DNA of 64,000 nt from Macrostomum lignano (lineage: Eukaryota), in assembly GCA_002269645.1 (NCBI GenBank), contig NIVC01000296.1, positions 372,001 through 436,000 of the forward strand. Direction: 5' to 3'. This document shows, piece by piece, positions 11,120-41,209 of this stretch (the first letter of the stretch is position 1; every line of letters begins with the position of its first letter). Under the pieces are notes generated by a model, which saw only the letters and a list, made by a program, of their open reading frames with translations, was not told the DNA's origin and made no database searches. A program made the position numbers and the translations under genes.

Positions 11120-14106
11120 ATGGCTGGCAAGAGATTCCTTATTAAAGACGCCAACGAAGACGAATGGGCGCCATTGACTGATGATTTTTCAAAGCTGACC
11201 CTTGGAGCCGACCGTAATGTAGCATCGACTGGTCGCGGTGGTCGCTTTGGCAGCCGCGGAGGAGGCCGTGGCGGCTTCGGAGCCTCCGCTGATGATGGCA
11301 CTGAAGGTGGCGGAGGTGGCTTCGGCAGCCGCGGTGATGGCGGATTCGGCAGTCGTAGAGGAGGCCGTGGCGGCTTCGGAGCCTCCGATGATGATGGCGC
11401 TGATGGTGGCGGAGGTGGCTTCGGCAGCCGCGGTGATGGCGGATTCGGCAGCCGTAGAGGAGGCCGTGGCGGCTTCGGAGCCTCCGATGATGATGGCGCT
11501 GATGGTGGCGGAGGTGGCTTCGGCAGCCGCGGTGATGGCGGATTCGGCAGTCGTAGAGGAGGCCGTGGCGGCTTCGGAGCCCATGCTGATGATGGCACTG
11601 AAGGTGGCGGAGGTGGCTTCGGCAGCCGCGGTGATGGCGGATTCGGCAGTCGTAGAGGAGGCCGTGGCGGCTTCGGAGCCCATGCTGATGATGGCACTGA
11701 AGGTGGCGGAGGTGGCTTCGGCAGCCGCGGTGGTGGTGGTGGCTTCAGCAGCCGCGGTGGTGGTGGTGGCTTCAGCAGCCGCGGTGGTGGTGGCTTCTGC
11801 AGTCGTGGAGGAGGTCGAGGTGGCTTTGGAGCCTTCGTTGATGATGGCACTGATGGTGGTGGAGGTGGCTTCGGCAGTCGCGGTGGTGGCTTTGGCAGCC
11901 GCGGAGGAGGCCGTGGCGGCTTCGGAGCCTCCGCTGATGATGGCGCTGAAGGTGGCGGAGGTGGCTTCGGCAGCCGCGGTGATGGCGAATTCGGCAGTCG
12001 TAGAGGAGGCCGTGGCGGCTTCGGAGCCCATGCTGATGATGGCACTGAAGGTGGCGGAGATGGCTTCGGCAGCCGCGGTGGTGGTGGCTTCTGCAGTCGT
12101 GGAGGAGTTCGAGGTGGCTTTGGAGCCTCCGTTGATGATGGCGCTGATGGTGGCGGAGGTGGCTTCGGCAGCCGCGGTGGTGGCTTTGGCAGCCGCGGAG
12201 GAGGCCGAGGTGGCTTCGGAGCCTCCGCTGATGATGGCGCTGGAGGCGGCGGTGGCGGTTCTGTCTGCTACAAGTGCAAACAAAGCGGCCATTTTGCTCG
12301 CGAATGTCCAAACGCGGACGCATGTGCCTGCTTTCGCTGTAAGGAGACGGGCCACATCTCTGCCGACTGCCCGAATGTCGCCGCCGGTGATACCCCCGGT
12401 GCCTCGACTGCTCACGTGCCTGAGGAGTCTCAGCTAGACGAGATTTATAGCCGGACCGTCCACACGGGCATCAATTTCGACAAGTACGAGCAAATCAACG
12501 TAGAGGTGTCGGGCACCGACAAGCCGGGCTATCTGACCAGCTTCGATGCCATCGGGCTGCCCAGCGTGATGCTGGATAACATTCTCCGCAAGTACAACTA
12601 CAACAAGCTCACGCCGGTGCAGAAGTACGGCATCCCCATCATCCTCAAGGGAAGAGATCTGATGGCCTGCGCCAGACGGGCTCTGGCAAGACTGCGGCCT
12701 TTTTGCTGCCTCTGGCAAAGATGATCGCCGAGCTGGACACCAACGATTCTACTGTTGCTCAGTACACCACCTACCCGGTCGCTCTTATACTGACTCCTAC
12801 CCGAGAGCTGTGCAATCAAATTTATGATTTCGCTAGGTAAGCTTTTCAACTTTCTGTTCGTCCTGACAGAGACCAAGTGCCAGGGTAAATGAGTAAGTGT
12901 CAAACCGGCATTTTAGGGTCAATCGATATAAACGGTACTAAATGCAGAATTAAAAGTACTCGTACGTAATTATTAATAGGTAAAATTCGTGCTTTTTGGG
13001 ATTGTATTTAAAGCGATGCTATAGCGATAGCTCTTCGTCTCATTCCTTCTGTCAGGGGATTTCTGGCTGGCACCAATATTCGCGTCAAGCGCGTCTACGG
13101 CGGTCCCAAGACCGACTACTTGCGCGCGGAACTGGCCAACGGCTGCCACATTCTGGTGGCCACTCCCGGCCGGCTGAAAGACTTCGCCGAGAGGAACATT
13201 GTCAGTCTGAGCAAGACCCGCTTCCTTGTGCTTGACGAGGCCGACCAGATGCTTGACAGGGGCTTCCTGGACTCGGTGACTTGGACGCTGGAGCAGATGC
13301 CTTCTGACAGGCAGATTGTGATGTTCTCGGCTACCTTCCCTGGTCCGATTCAAGCTTTGGCTCAGCAGTACCTGCAGAACTATTTGTACCTGACTGTGGG
13401 TCAGGTGGGCGCAGCCAATCCCGACGTGACTCAGGAAGTTCGCGAGGTGCAGCAGGACGACAAGCAGGCCGCTCTGATTGAAATTCTCAAGCATTGGCGC
13501 AGCGACCCCAGCCAGGCGGACGATCGCATTCTGATCTTTGTTGAGTCAAAGCGCAAAGCCGACTATGTCGGCCTCATGCTATCTGACGGCGGCTTCCCGT
13601 GCACCACAATTCACGGGGACCGGCTGCAGCGCGAAAGAGAAATCTCCCTGCGCTCGTTCCAGCGTGGCAGGCTGCCGATTATGGTCGCCACAAACGTGTC
13701 CGCTCGCGGCGTCGACATCAACGGAATCGAGCTGGTGATCAACATGGACCTGCCGAATGACTTCGACATGTACGTGCATCGCATTGGTCGCACAGGTCGC
13801 TGCGGCAACCCGGGAAAGTCGATCTCGTTTTACGACCACGGACGCGACTCGGCCCTGGCCCTCAAGTTGCGCCAGAATCTGGAGAAGTCCGGTCAGTCCG
13901 TGCCCGACTGGCTCGACGTTTACGCGGACCAGTCCTGTGGCGGCGACGGCGGCTTCGGCGGCTTTGTAGGCAGCAATCGCGACATGAGGCGCAGCGTCGC
14001 CAGAGACCGGTTCCGCGAGCAGCCCGACGAGGGCGACTTCGCCGAGAGGATGTTCCGTGCCAACCCGGTGGCTACACAGCCGGTCACCGCTGACGATTGG
14101 GATTGA
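11120..14106 (+). CDS. vasa: Vasa/DDX4-like DEAD-box RNA helicase, copy 2. Exons 11120-12836 and 13056-14106; -1 nt frameshift near 12672.
   Basis: Same architecture with 2 CCHC knuckles, all helicase motifs and a TADDWD tail. The 219-nt GT-AG intron 12837-13055 lies at the same position and phase as in copy 1. GCCCAG is read as GCCAG just before motif I, giving a stop at 12722-12724. AATAAA near 14132. Confidence 0.92.
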
Positions 14107-14674
14107 GTTTGTCTGGCTTGTTTTGCCAATAATAAACTGAAACTTCCGGTTTGCTGATTTGCATTTTTTCTCTTTGCCAAAAAATCTTTTGAAAAGACCA
14201 AAATTAATAAAAAAAATCTCTGTCGCCTTTGTTTAGCTCGTAGTACAGGTAGCCGTTCTATTTTTTTAGTTATTTTTTACCAAGCTGTGCATTTCCCCTG
14301 GTTCTAATACACCAGCAATAATTTCTATTAAAGTTGCATCTTTTACTCGTAAGTTCTTCTAGACCCATTTACGTTTGTAATTATTGCCAGGCTTTGGCCT
14401 AACTTACTTGCGTTGTTAATTTTTTCTGATCGGTAAAATCACAGATTTGATTTAAAATCTGATTTGAGGAGCACGAGCATAGAAATTTAATAGGCTATCC
14501 CAAAGATCATATATACACAAGATGGGCCACTCATTTTAACCGCTTATGTGGCCATAGAAGCTAATGTAAAAAATTCTGCAACTCGCGACAGCGCGAATAT
14601 CAACTACTGAACTCAATTTTGTCAGTAGTTTCTGCAGTGAATGCATCATTCTTAGTTTGATGGAGTAGCTATAC

Positions 14675-15137
14675 CACAGATACTAGAATAGCTAGATGGG
14701 CCACTCAGCACATTTGCTTGTAAGCTACTTTCAGTTCAGTAGTAAGTTAAACAGAAGCATTTTAATACATTTTTAAAGCCAAATTAGCCAAGGCTCAATT
14801 GGCTCTTACCCCCCAAGCTTAAACCCTACAGCCGCGCCTTTCCACACTACCACCGCCCCGTCCCAGCGTAAAATTTATTGCCTTTCTCGGAATTCCAGCC
14901 TAAAGCTGCCATGTACATTTCAGTGGACTGGCTAATAATATACATTAATGCTGAACCAATTAGCAAGTTGTTTACGCCTGCAAGCTTGGGGCTTCTAAAC
15001 TTATCAAAGTCATTTCAGCTGCCTTTATTTCTAAAAAATAGCTTATATATTCTTCTTTGCTACTGAACTGAAAGTAGAAAGTGTTTTACTAAGCATACAT
15101 GCTTTTAGTGACCCATCTAGTCATTGTAGAATCTGTG
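14675..15137. mobile_element. MITE with TIRs CACAGAT(A/T)CTAGAAT..AGATGGGCCACT
   Basis: Long imperfect TIRs. Related copies at about 397-790, 9004 (end only), 44943-46862 and 55602-55632. No clean TSD at this copy. Confidence 0.8.
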
Positions 15138-15401
15138 GGTGTACCATGTCAGCTGTGCGCCGAACAGTAAACCATTTATTTATAGTGTATGCTAAATATA
15201 AGTTTTTAACACAACACTTCACGCCATTCTTAGGTGGGAGGATCGATCGGTTTCACCATTACTTGCCTGTCCCAGCTGCTGTTGCTGCATAAATTAATTA
15301 AGGAGTTGTTTGGCATCAACAATTCCTGGAATAGTGTCCAAGTTAAAAGAACAGTTGAAAAAAGTGTTTTGCTTTGCTTGTATGCAATTCAGTCCGGTAA
15401 A

Positions 15402-15803
15402 TGGCAGTCAAATGTCACTCGGAGTCAATTGTCACTGGCAGTCAAATGACACTGGCAGTCAAATATCACTGGCAGTCAAATTGTCACTGGCAGTCAAATG
15501 TCACTGGCAATCAAATGACACTGGCAGTCAAATGTCACTGGCAGTCAAATTTCAATGGCAGTCAAATGTCACTGGCAGTCAAATGACACTGGCAGTCAAA
15601 TGACACTGGCAGTCAAATGACACTGGCAGTCAAATTTCAATGGCAGTCAAATTGTCACTGACAGTCAAATGTCACTGGCAGTCAAATGTCACTGACGGTC
15701 AAAATGTCACTGGCAGTCAAATGTCACTCGGAGTCAAATGACACTGGCAGTCAAATGTCACTGGCAGTCAAATGTCACTGGCAGTCAAATGACATTGGCA
15801 GTC
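15402..15803. repeat. 17-bp minisatellite (GTCACTGGCAGTCAAAT)
   Basis: Direct inspection. Confidence 0.95.
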
Positions 15804-16093
15804 ATTACTGCAAATGACGGCTTCCCCTCGATACAAGCAAGCAAAACTTGCATTGCTCATTTTCATTAATCCCTTCATAGTGCATGCATTACGTAGCCCA
15901 ATTGAAACAAAGTGCACACCGATCTGACAAAATAAGAAGTCAGTAATCACAAGAGGGCGTATCAGGGCTGCTTTGTGTTGCATGTAGACGCAGTGGAAAT
16001 CAGTATTATAAGGAACTTTCCTAGTAGCAAATTCAATAATTATTGATTGATGCGACATGGCCAGTTGGAATTGCATACTGTACTATCTAGACA

Positions 16094-33089
<16,996 letters not shown>

Positions 33090-33224
33090 CTGGAGATTGG
33101 CGGCAAAATAATTGCACTCGAGATAATCAGGCTGGCTTGCCGTAAAGACTGTGGATTATTGGCTCACAAGGAACTGTTTGACAATGAATTATCTTAATGG
33201 GGATTATCTGACAGAGACGGGTAA

Positions 33225-33735
33225 TTATCGGACAGGGGATTATCGGACAGGGGATTATCGGACAGGGGATTATCGGACAGGGGACTATCGGACAGGGGAT
33301 TATCGGACAGGGGACTATCGGACTGGGGATTATCGGACAGGGGATTATCGGACAGGGGATTATCGGACAGGGGATTATCGGACAGGGGATTATCGGACAG
33401 GGGATTATCGGACAGGGGATTATCGGACAGGGGATTATCGGACAGGGGATTATCGGACAGGGGATTATCGGACAGGGGATTATCGGACAGGGGATTATCG
33501 GACAGGGGATTATCGGACAGGGGATTATCGGACAGGAGACTATCGGACAGGGGATTATCGGACAGGGGATTATCGGACAAGGGACTATCGGACAGGGGAT
33601 TATCGGACAGGGGATTATCGGACAGGGGATTATCGGACAGGGGATTATCGGACAGGGGATTATCGGACAGGGGATTATCGGACAGGTGATTATCGGACAG
33701 GGGATTATCGGACAGGGGGTTATCAGACAGGGGAT
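33225..33735. repeat. 15-bp minisatellite (GGACAGGGGATTATC)
   Basis: Direct inspection. Confidence 0.95.
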
Positions 33736-34357
33736 ATCAAATTATCAGCGTAAGAGTTATTGGTTTCTCCCATAGGCAGCATAAATCCGACGGTACATTC
33801 GATTCATTCACCGCCAATTCATGGGCTGAATTTCGCATTCAGCCCATGGCGACAAAGAGCCGCTGATTAATATGGCACCCAAAGGGCGGGAGGCGTATGT
33901 AAAAAACGCATTTTCTTCCTATTACATGAAGTAATCCCACACTGGGGAGCATGGATGGACTGTCTTGAGTCAGTTGTACACGGCTAGCATTATATATATA
34001 TATTTATTAATCCCTATCCAAATCCTGCAGGATATTGAGACCCACTTCGAATCCCCTTGCGGCTGGGTCTTATAAACAAATATAAATGTGTGCGCATGCC
34101 GAGAGGAAATCAATAAATCGACTTCAGCGGACTTTCCACCACTTGTTCCGCTCTCCTCTTCCAGATCCGCCGCCATCTTTCAAAATCTGACAGCTCCCGG
34201 CCAGCAGTAGCCTCCAGAGCGCGCATTGAAGCCTTCTCACTGAGAAACAGGGTGTGGAAACATCTGGGACAAATTGTCGGAAGAAAATAGCAAGATGGGT
34301 TTTTCTAGCTTGGAAACAGTTGCCATGGCTGATTCTAATTGTTTCAGTCTAAGAATT

Positions 34358-34810
34358 CTGGCATGAGATTATCCTGGCATGAGATTATCTGGCATGAGAT
34401 TATTTGATATGGGATTATCTGGCATGAGATTATTTAATATGGGATTATCTGACATTAGATTATCTGGCATGAGATTATCAGGCATGAGATTATCCTGGCA
34501 TGAGATTATCTGACATGAGATTATCTGGCATGAGATTATCTGGCATGGGATTATCTGGCTTGAGATTATCTGGCATGGGATTATCTGGCTTGAGATTATC
34601 TGGCATGAGATTATCTGGCATGGAATTATCTGGCATGGGATTATCTGGCTTAAGATTATCTGGCATGAGATTATCTGGCATGGAATTATCTGGCATGGGA
34701 TTATCTGGCTTAAGATTATTTGGCATGAGATTATCTGGCATGAGATTATCTGACATTGAATTGGTTGGCATGGGATTGTCTGACACTGGATAGTCTGACA
34801 TGGGATTATA
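34358..34810. repeat. 15-bp minisatellite (CTGGCATGAGATTAT)
   Basis: Direct inspection. Confidence 0.92.
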
Positions 34811-34914
34811 AAGCTCTGTACAAAAGTACAAAATACTGATTCTCTTTCAAGATTCCAAAGTCAAACTTCACCGCCCTTCCACCTGCCCGGCTTGGCAACT
34901 ACTGAGCACTTTGG

Positions 34915-35375
34915 GTGGCTAAAATCAACAGAGCAGTCTCGCCCTCCCCGCCGCTCCATCAGCTTCGCCCAGCAGTCAAGCGGCGACTTGAAGCATGGCG
35001 GCGAGAGTGGAGGCGAGAAAGTGAGCTTGAGCTCTTGCATGTAGCTGCTAGATTGCGTGCGACTCCACCCGGGTTGTTCGGTATGGGAGAAGAAATTTCT
35101 TCCCTTGAAATGGCCATTTTAGACAACTTTAGGCTGACTGTAGTTTGAAAGTTTGCAAGCCTACAGTTGTCTGAAAATGTGCCTGCTCTTACGGAGTGGA
35201 CACCGGAGCAGCGTCTGCATTTGAAAAGAGCTGTGGAAGTGTTTGCCAAGTCCAGGCTTGTTCCAGGGGTGGGAGCTGAGAAACTCACACCTGGGCTGGA
35301 CAGGCGGATGGGGGCTGATGGGAGGGAAGCCATCAGTTGCATGAGGCTGGGCTGGTGGTGAGTGATGAGGAGCAA
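34915..35375. other. Coding-like island of uncertain identity; possibly a Merlin/IS1595-like transposase zinc-finger fragment on -
   Basis: The minus strand reads FKCRRCSGVHSVRAGTFSDNCRL, similar to the CxxC..S.R.GT.F motif. The plus strand is also open for about 149 codons apart from one TGA. Ambiguous. Confidence 0.3.
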
Positions 35376-35444
35376 CTAGTGACAACTGCACGAAGAATTA
35401 AAATTTGGAGCATAAAAAGGTTGACATTAGATGGGGTTTAAAGT

Positions 35445-36350
35445 GACTGAGTTCACGAGTGAGTTCATGAGTGAGAACATGAGTGAGTTCATGAGTGAGT
35501 TCATGAGTGAGTTCATAAGTGAGTTCATGAGTGAGCTCATGAGTGAGTTCATGAGTGAGTTCATAAGTGAGGCCATGAGTGAGTTTATAAGTGAGGTCAT
35601 GAGTGAATTCATGAGTATGGGTATGAGTGAGTTCATGAGTGAGGTCATGGGTGAGTTCATGGGTGAGGTCATCAGTGAGATCATGAGTGAGTTCATGAGT
35701 GAGGTGATGGGTGAGTTCATGGGTGAGGTCATCAGTGAGTTCATGAGTAAGGTCATGGGTGAGGTCATAAGTGAGTTCATGAGTAAGGTCATGGGTGAGG
35801 TCATAAGTGAGTTCATGAGTAAGGTCATGAGTGAGATCATCAGTGAGTTCATGAGTAAGGTCATGGGTGAGGTCATAAGTGAGTTCATGAGTAAGGTCAT
35901 GGGTGAGGTCATAAGTGAGTTCATGAGTAAGGTCATGAGTGAGATCATCAGTGAGTTCATGAGTAAGGTCATGGGTGAGGTCATAAGTGAGTTCATGAGT
36001 AAGGTCATGGGTGAGGTCATAAGTGAGTTCATGAGTAAGGTCATGAGTGAGATCATCAGTGAGTTCATGAGTAAGGTCATGGGTGAGGTCATAAGTGAGT
36101 TCATGAGTAAGGTCATGGGTGAGGTCATAAGTGAGTTCATGAGTAAGGTCATGAGTGAGATCATCAGTGAGTTCATGAGTAAGGTCATGGGTGAGGTCAT
36201 AAGTGAGTTCATGAGTAAGGTCATGAGTGAGATCATCAGTGAGTTCATGAGTAAGGTCATGAGTGAGTTCATCAGTGAGTTCATGAGTAAGGTCATGGGT
36301 GAGTTCATCAGTGAGTTCATGAGTGAGTTCATGGGTGAGGTCATGAGTGA
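35445..36350. repeat. 12-bp-based minisatellite (GAGTGAGTTCAT) with higher-order structure
   Basis: Direct inspection. Confidence 0.93.
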
Positions 36351-37099
36351 CAGAGCTCCATTCCGTGACTGAAACAGCGCAGGCTAGCAGATCATAGTCG
36401 CCAGCTCCCCGCCAATTGCTACCACGCGGAACCCGCGGTCTGCTGATCCAGTTTTTGTGCCTCTGATTTTAATTGTCTAACAGAGCAGCTCTGAAGCCAA
36501 CTGCCTGCCCGGCCCTGCTAAAAAACTGCCACTCACCCTACCCCCCCCCCAGTATGGCAACAAAATGCAGTTGAATATTGAAGATATAGCTCGTACATAT
36601 ACATTATAATACACACAGATGAATATATCCAGTACAATGAGAAGAGGATGATGCCCCATGGTCTGGCACAATAGGAACAAGATTTAAAGAAGCAAAAAAA
36701 TTTAGTATTCTAATGATATTTAGTAATGAAATTATAAGTGGCCAGCTTAAACTAATACTATGATATCCTAATCAGACTAAGAATTGCTTAGCCCAGCTAA
36801 TATAGGTATGTTCTGCCAAATTTATTGTTTTACTGACAACATTTTCGGCTCCTCGTGTCTGTGCTCAATTAATTAGCCAGCTCATCAATTAACTTTTCCC
36901 CATAGGGGTTTCGCTTTACTAGGGGGCGCAAATTCTATCTGGCAGAGATGCTGCATCATAGGCAGGAAATGCAATTATGGCTCTGGCTAATTATATTTCT
37001 CTGCTATTAAGTCCCGATTAGTGGCTCAGGTGTCACCAACAATTTTTCAATTAATCCATCTCGCTTGATACTGGCCTCTTCTATTCCTAAGTCAGGGAG

Positions 37100-37990
37100 A
37101 TGGTCAGGTAGAGAATCAAATGGAGAATTAAGGGGAGATTCAGGGAGACAGCGGAGAGTCAGGGGAAGAGTCATGGGAGAGACAGGGGGAGTCAGGGGGA
37201 GTCAGGGGGAGAGTCAGGGGGAGAGTCATTTAGAGAATCAAATGGAGAATTAAGGGGAGAGTCAAGGGGTCAGGGAGAGTCAAGGGGAGTCAGCAGAGAG
37301 TCAGCGGAGTCAGCGGAGAGTCGGGGGAGAGTCAGTGGGAGAGTCAAGGGAGAGCCAGAGGGAGTCAGGGAGAGAGCCAGGGGAGAGTCAGAGAGAGAGT
37401 CAGGGAGAGAGCCAGGGAAGAGTCAGAGAGAGAGTCAGGGAGAGAGCCAGGGAAGAGTCAGAGAGAGAGCCAGGGAGAGAGCCAGGGAAGAGTCAGAGAG
37501 AGAGTCAGAGAGAGAGCCAGGGGAGTGTCAGAGAGAGAGTCAGGGAGAGAGCCAGGGAAGTGTCAGAGAGAGAGTCAGGGAGAGAGCCAGGGAAGTGTCA
37601 GAGAGAGATTTAGGGAGAGAGCCAGAGAAGAGTCAGAGAGAGAGAGAGTCAGGGAGAGAGCCAAGGGAGAGTCAGAGAGAGAGAGTCAGGGAGAGAGCCA
37701 GGGAAGTGTCAGAGAGAGATTTAGGGAGAGAGCCAGAGAAGAGTCAGAGAGAGAGAGTCAGGGAGAGAGCCAGGGAAGTGTCAGAGAGAGATTTAGGGAG
37801 AGAGCCAGAGAAGAGTCAGAGAGAGAGAGTCAGGGAGAGAGCCAAGGGAGAGTCAAGGGAGAGAGAGAAAGAGAGCAGAGAGATGGGGAGAGTGGGAGGA
37901 GAGGGAGGGTGCAGAGACGCTATGCTGGAACGAAGGCAGAGTGATGTAGGGAGATGATAAGGCAGTGAGAGAGGGAGGGTGAGATTGAGC
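37100..37990. repeat. GA-rich degenerate repeat (GAGTCAGGGAGAGAGCCAGGGAA)
   Basis: Direct inspection. Confidence 0.9.
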
Positions 37991-38489
37991 CAAGGGAGAC
38001 GATGCGAAATGAGAGAAAAGCCGTCCGCCTCCCCGGGTCCCCTGGGATGGCTGCTGCTGCTGCTGCTGCCGCCGCTCGGGTCAAAGGCTGAGCGGTGGGT
38101 GCATCGATTTCTTGTCTCCTAGAAGGCGCTCAGCGGTCGGGATTTTTTGGTGACGAAAATTGAATTATGCAGCATGCTTCCCCGGTGCGGCCCCAGCCTC
38201 CCAGAGGCAATGGCTGACTGTTTTCAGGGAGGAGGGGACTGAGAGCTAGAGTCCTTGGGGCCGGTGTGTGCTCATCGCCCCCCCCCCTCTTATACTTAAC
38301 GAGCCACCCTGATCCTCATATGGTCGCCTACTTGAAATTCATTGCTTTGGATGGCTGCGCAGCCCTCTTTGTCTCCGGCTATGCGGAGCTCCTCCACTTT
38401 TATGCCGGCCCATTGCATGGCGGCATTCAGGGCCACTTTGGACTCGATATTGCTCAAGAGGCTGGCTGATGGGCTGGAAATTATCAGAT

Positions 38490-39624
38490 GGAGATGGATA
38501 AGAGGGGGAGAGGGAGAGAATAAAAGAGAAGAGAGAGGAGAGAGGAGAGAGATGGAGAGGGGAGTGAGACTGGGAGAAAGGGGGAGAGAGGGGAGAGAAG
38601 GCAGAGCGGGAGAGACAGGGAGAGAGAGGAGGAGAGAAGAGAGAGGGAGTGAGGGGGAGAGAGGAGGAGAGAGGGTGAGAAGAGGAGAGAGGGAGTGAGG
38701 GGGAGAGAGGAGGAGAGACGGTGAGAAGAGGAGGAGAGAGGGTGAGAAGAGGAGAGAGGGAGTGAGGGGGAGAGAGGAGGAGAGAGGGTGAGAAGAGGAG
38801 AGAGGGAGTGAGGGGGAGAGAGGAGGAGAGACGGTGAGAAGAGGAGGAGAGAGGGTGAGAAGAGGAGAGAGGGAGTGAGGGGGAGAGAGGAGGAGAGACG
38901 GTGAGAAGAGGAGGAGAGAGGGTGAGAAGAGGAGAGAGGGAGTGAGGGGGAGAGAGGAGGAGAGACGGTGAGAAGAGGAGGAGAGAGGGTGAGAAGAGGA
39001 GAGAGGGAGTGAGGGGGAGAGAGGAGGAGAGAGGGTGAGAAGAGGAGAGAGGGAGTGAGGGGGAGAGAGGAGGAGAGACGGTGAGAAGAGGAGGAGAGAG
39101 GGTGAGAAGAGGAGAGAGGGAGTGAGGGGGAGAGAGGAGGAGAGACGGTGAGAAGAGGAGGAGAGAGGGTGAGAAGAGGAGAGAGGGAGTGAGGGGGAGA
39201 GAGGAGGAGAGAGGGTGAGAAGAGGAGGAGAGAGGGTGAGAAGAGGAGAGAGGGAGTGAGGGGGAGAGAGGAGGAGAGAGGGTGAGAAGAGGAGAGAGGG
39301 AGTGAGGGGGAGAGGAGGAGAGAGGGTGAGAAGAGGAGAGAGGGAGTGAGGGGGAGAGAGGAGGAGAGAGGGTGAGAAGAGGAGAGAGGGAGTGAGGGGG
39401 AGAGAGGAGGAGAGAGGGTGAGAAGAGGAGAGAGGGAGTGAGGGGGAGAGAGGAGGAGAGAGGGTGAGAAGAGGAGAGAGGGAGTGAGGGGAGAGAGGAG
39501 GAGAGAGGGTGAGAAGAGGAGAGAGGGAGTGAGGGGGAGAGAGGAGGAGAGAGGAGAGAGAGAAGGCGACAGAGGAGGAGGGAAGGGAGAGAGGGAGAGA
39601 GAGAGAGGGGGGGGAAGGGGGAGA
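38490..39624. repeat. GA-rich minisatellite
   Basis: Direct inspection. Confidence 0.93.
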
Positions 39625-40299
39625 CATCACTTCACATAAAATTCCTTCGGCGTTTTTTCGAATGTTGACTTCGATTTCGCTAGAAATAAGCGCGCTAAGG
39701 CCAGAATCTCGAGCAGTTGGGGAGGTTGCAGTGTGCCATCAAAAAGTGCATTTTGGGAGAGAATCTGTTTGTGCTTTTCTTTGTCTCAACTGCCTGGAGA
39801 GTGGAGGCACTGATGTTATTCGAGCTCACATTGCTGTTTGTCAGTCCGGTTGGTTCTGCTTCTTCTAGGGGCGGCTCAGCACGCTGGTAATGCTTTTCCC
39901 CGTCTCCTTCGATCCTATTTTATCCCATTGCCTTCTGCGCGCTTCCTGCTGAGGGTGCCAGGCGGCTGCTTCAGCACCAGCTCTGCTAAATGCTCGGCCG
40001 CCTGAGCCAGCACTGCCGCTCGCTCTCCTCCCCTCTCTTGTCTGTCTCTTCATCTATCATTCTTTATTTCTCCCAGGCTCATTTTTCTGCCGTTCTAAAT
40101 ATTCCCTGTAATGTAATTAAACAGGGGGAGCTGAGGCCGCGGTTGGTGACGATTTTTTGAGTGCCGATGCCGGCTTGCTTGATGGAGGCGAGAGAGGCGG
40201 CTAGGAGAGGGGTGCGCGCTGTCCGGATGGGGTTAGGAGGAAGCAAGACTCCAATTCATTGCACTGAAATAATTTGTAAGCTTTTGATGTAGGCTGAGA

Positions 40300-40746
<447 letters not shown>

Positions 40747-41209
40747 TCTCTAAAACCAATCTAGCCATAACGTGATTTTCACTTCCGACTTTGTCGCTGG
40801 GCATAAGGATTGGCACTGACTCTATCGCAGTGACTTTGGTAGGCTGAGCTGTTCAGGATAAATAAATAGTCTTCACAAGAAATCTTCCAGCCCCAGTGAG
40901 TCCTGGCAGATTGAGCAAATCGCTAGCGGCCCTCCTGACAACAGAGCCCTGTTTCCGCCTTTTATACTAAGCTGGCAAAACTTGTTTCTGGGTAGCGCAA
41001 TATTTAAAATTTATTACTTTTTATAATTACACACAAGAAATTAGAAGTCTCAGTGGAGTGCGAATGGAGATTCAGAGAAAAGTGAGGAGAGAAAGAAGAA
41101 AAAGAGCCGACGATAGAGAGAAAGCAAGGATGGGAGAGAGAGAAATATAAAATAGAGAAGAGTAGACAAGAAAAACGGAAGTAAATTTAAATTGATAAAA
41201 AAGAAATAC

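Noticed and set aside
1286-14106. The two vasa copies as an uncollapsed haplotype artefact
   Set aside because: The N-termini, introns, RecA2 patch, tails and UTRs are too different for alleles.
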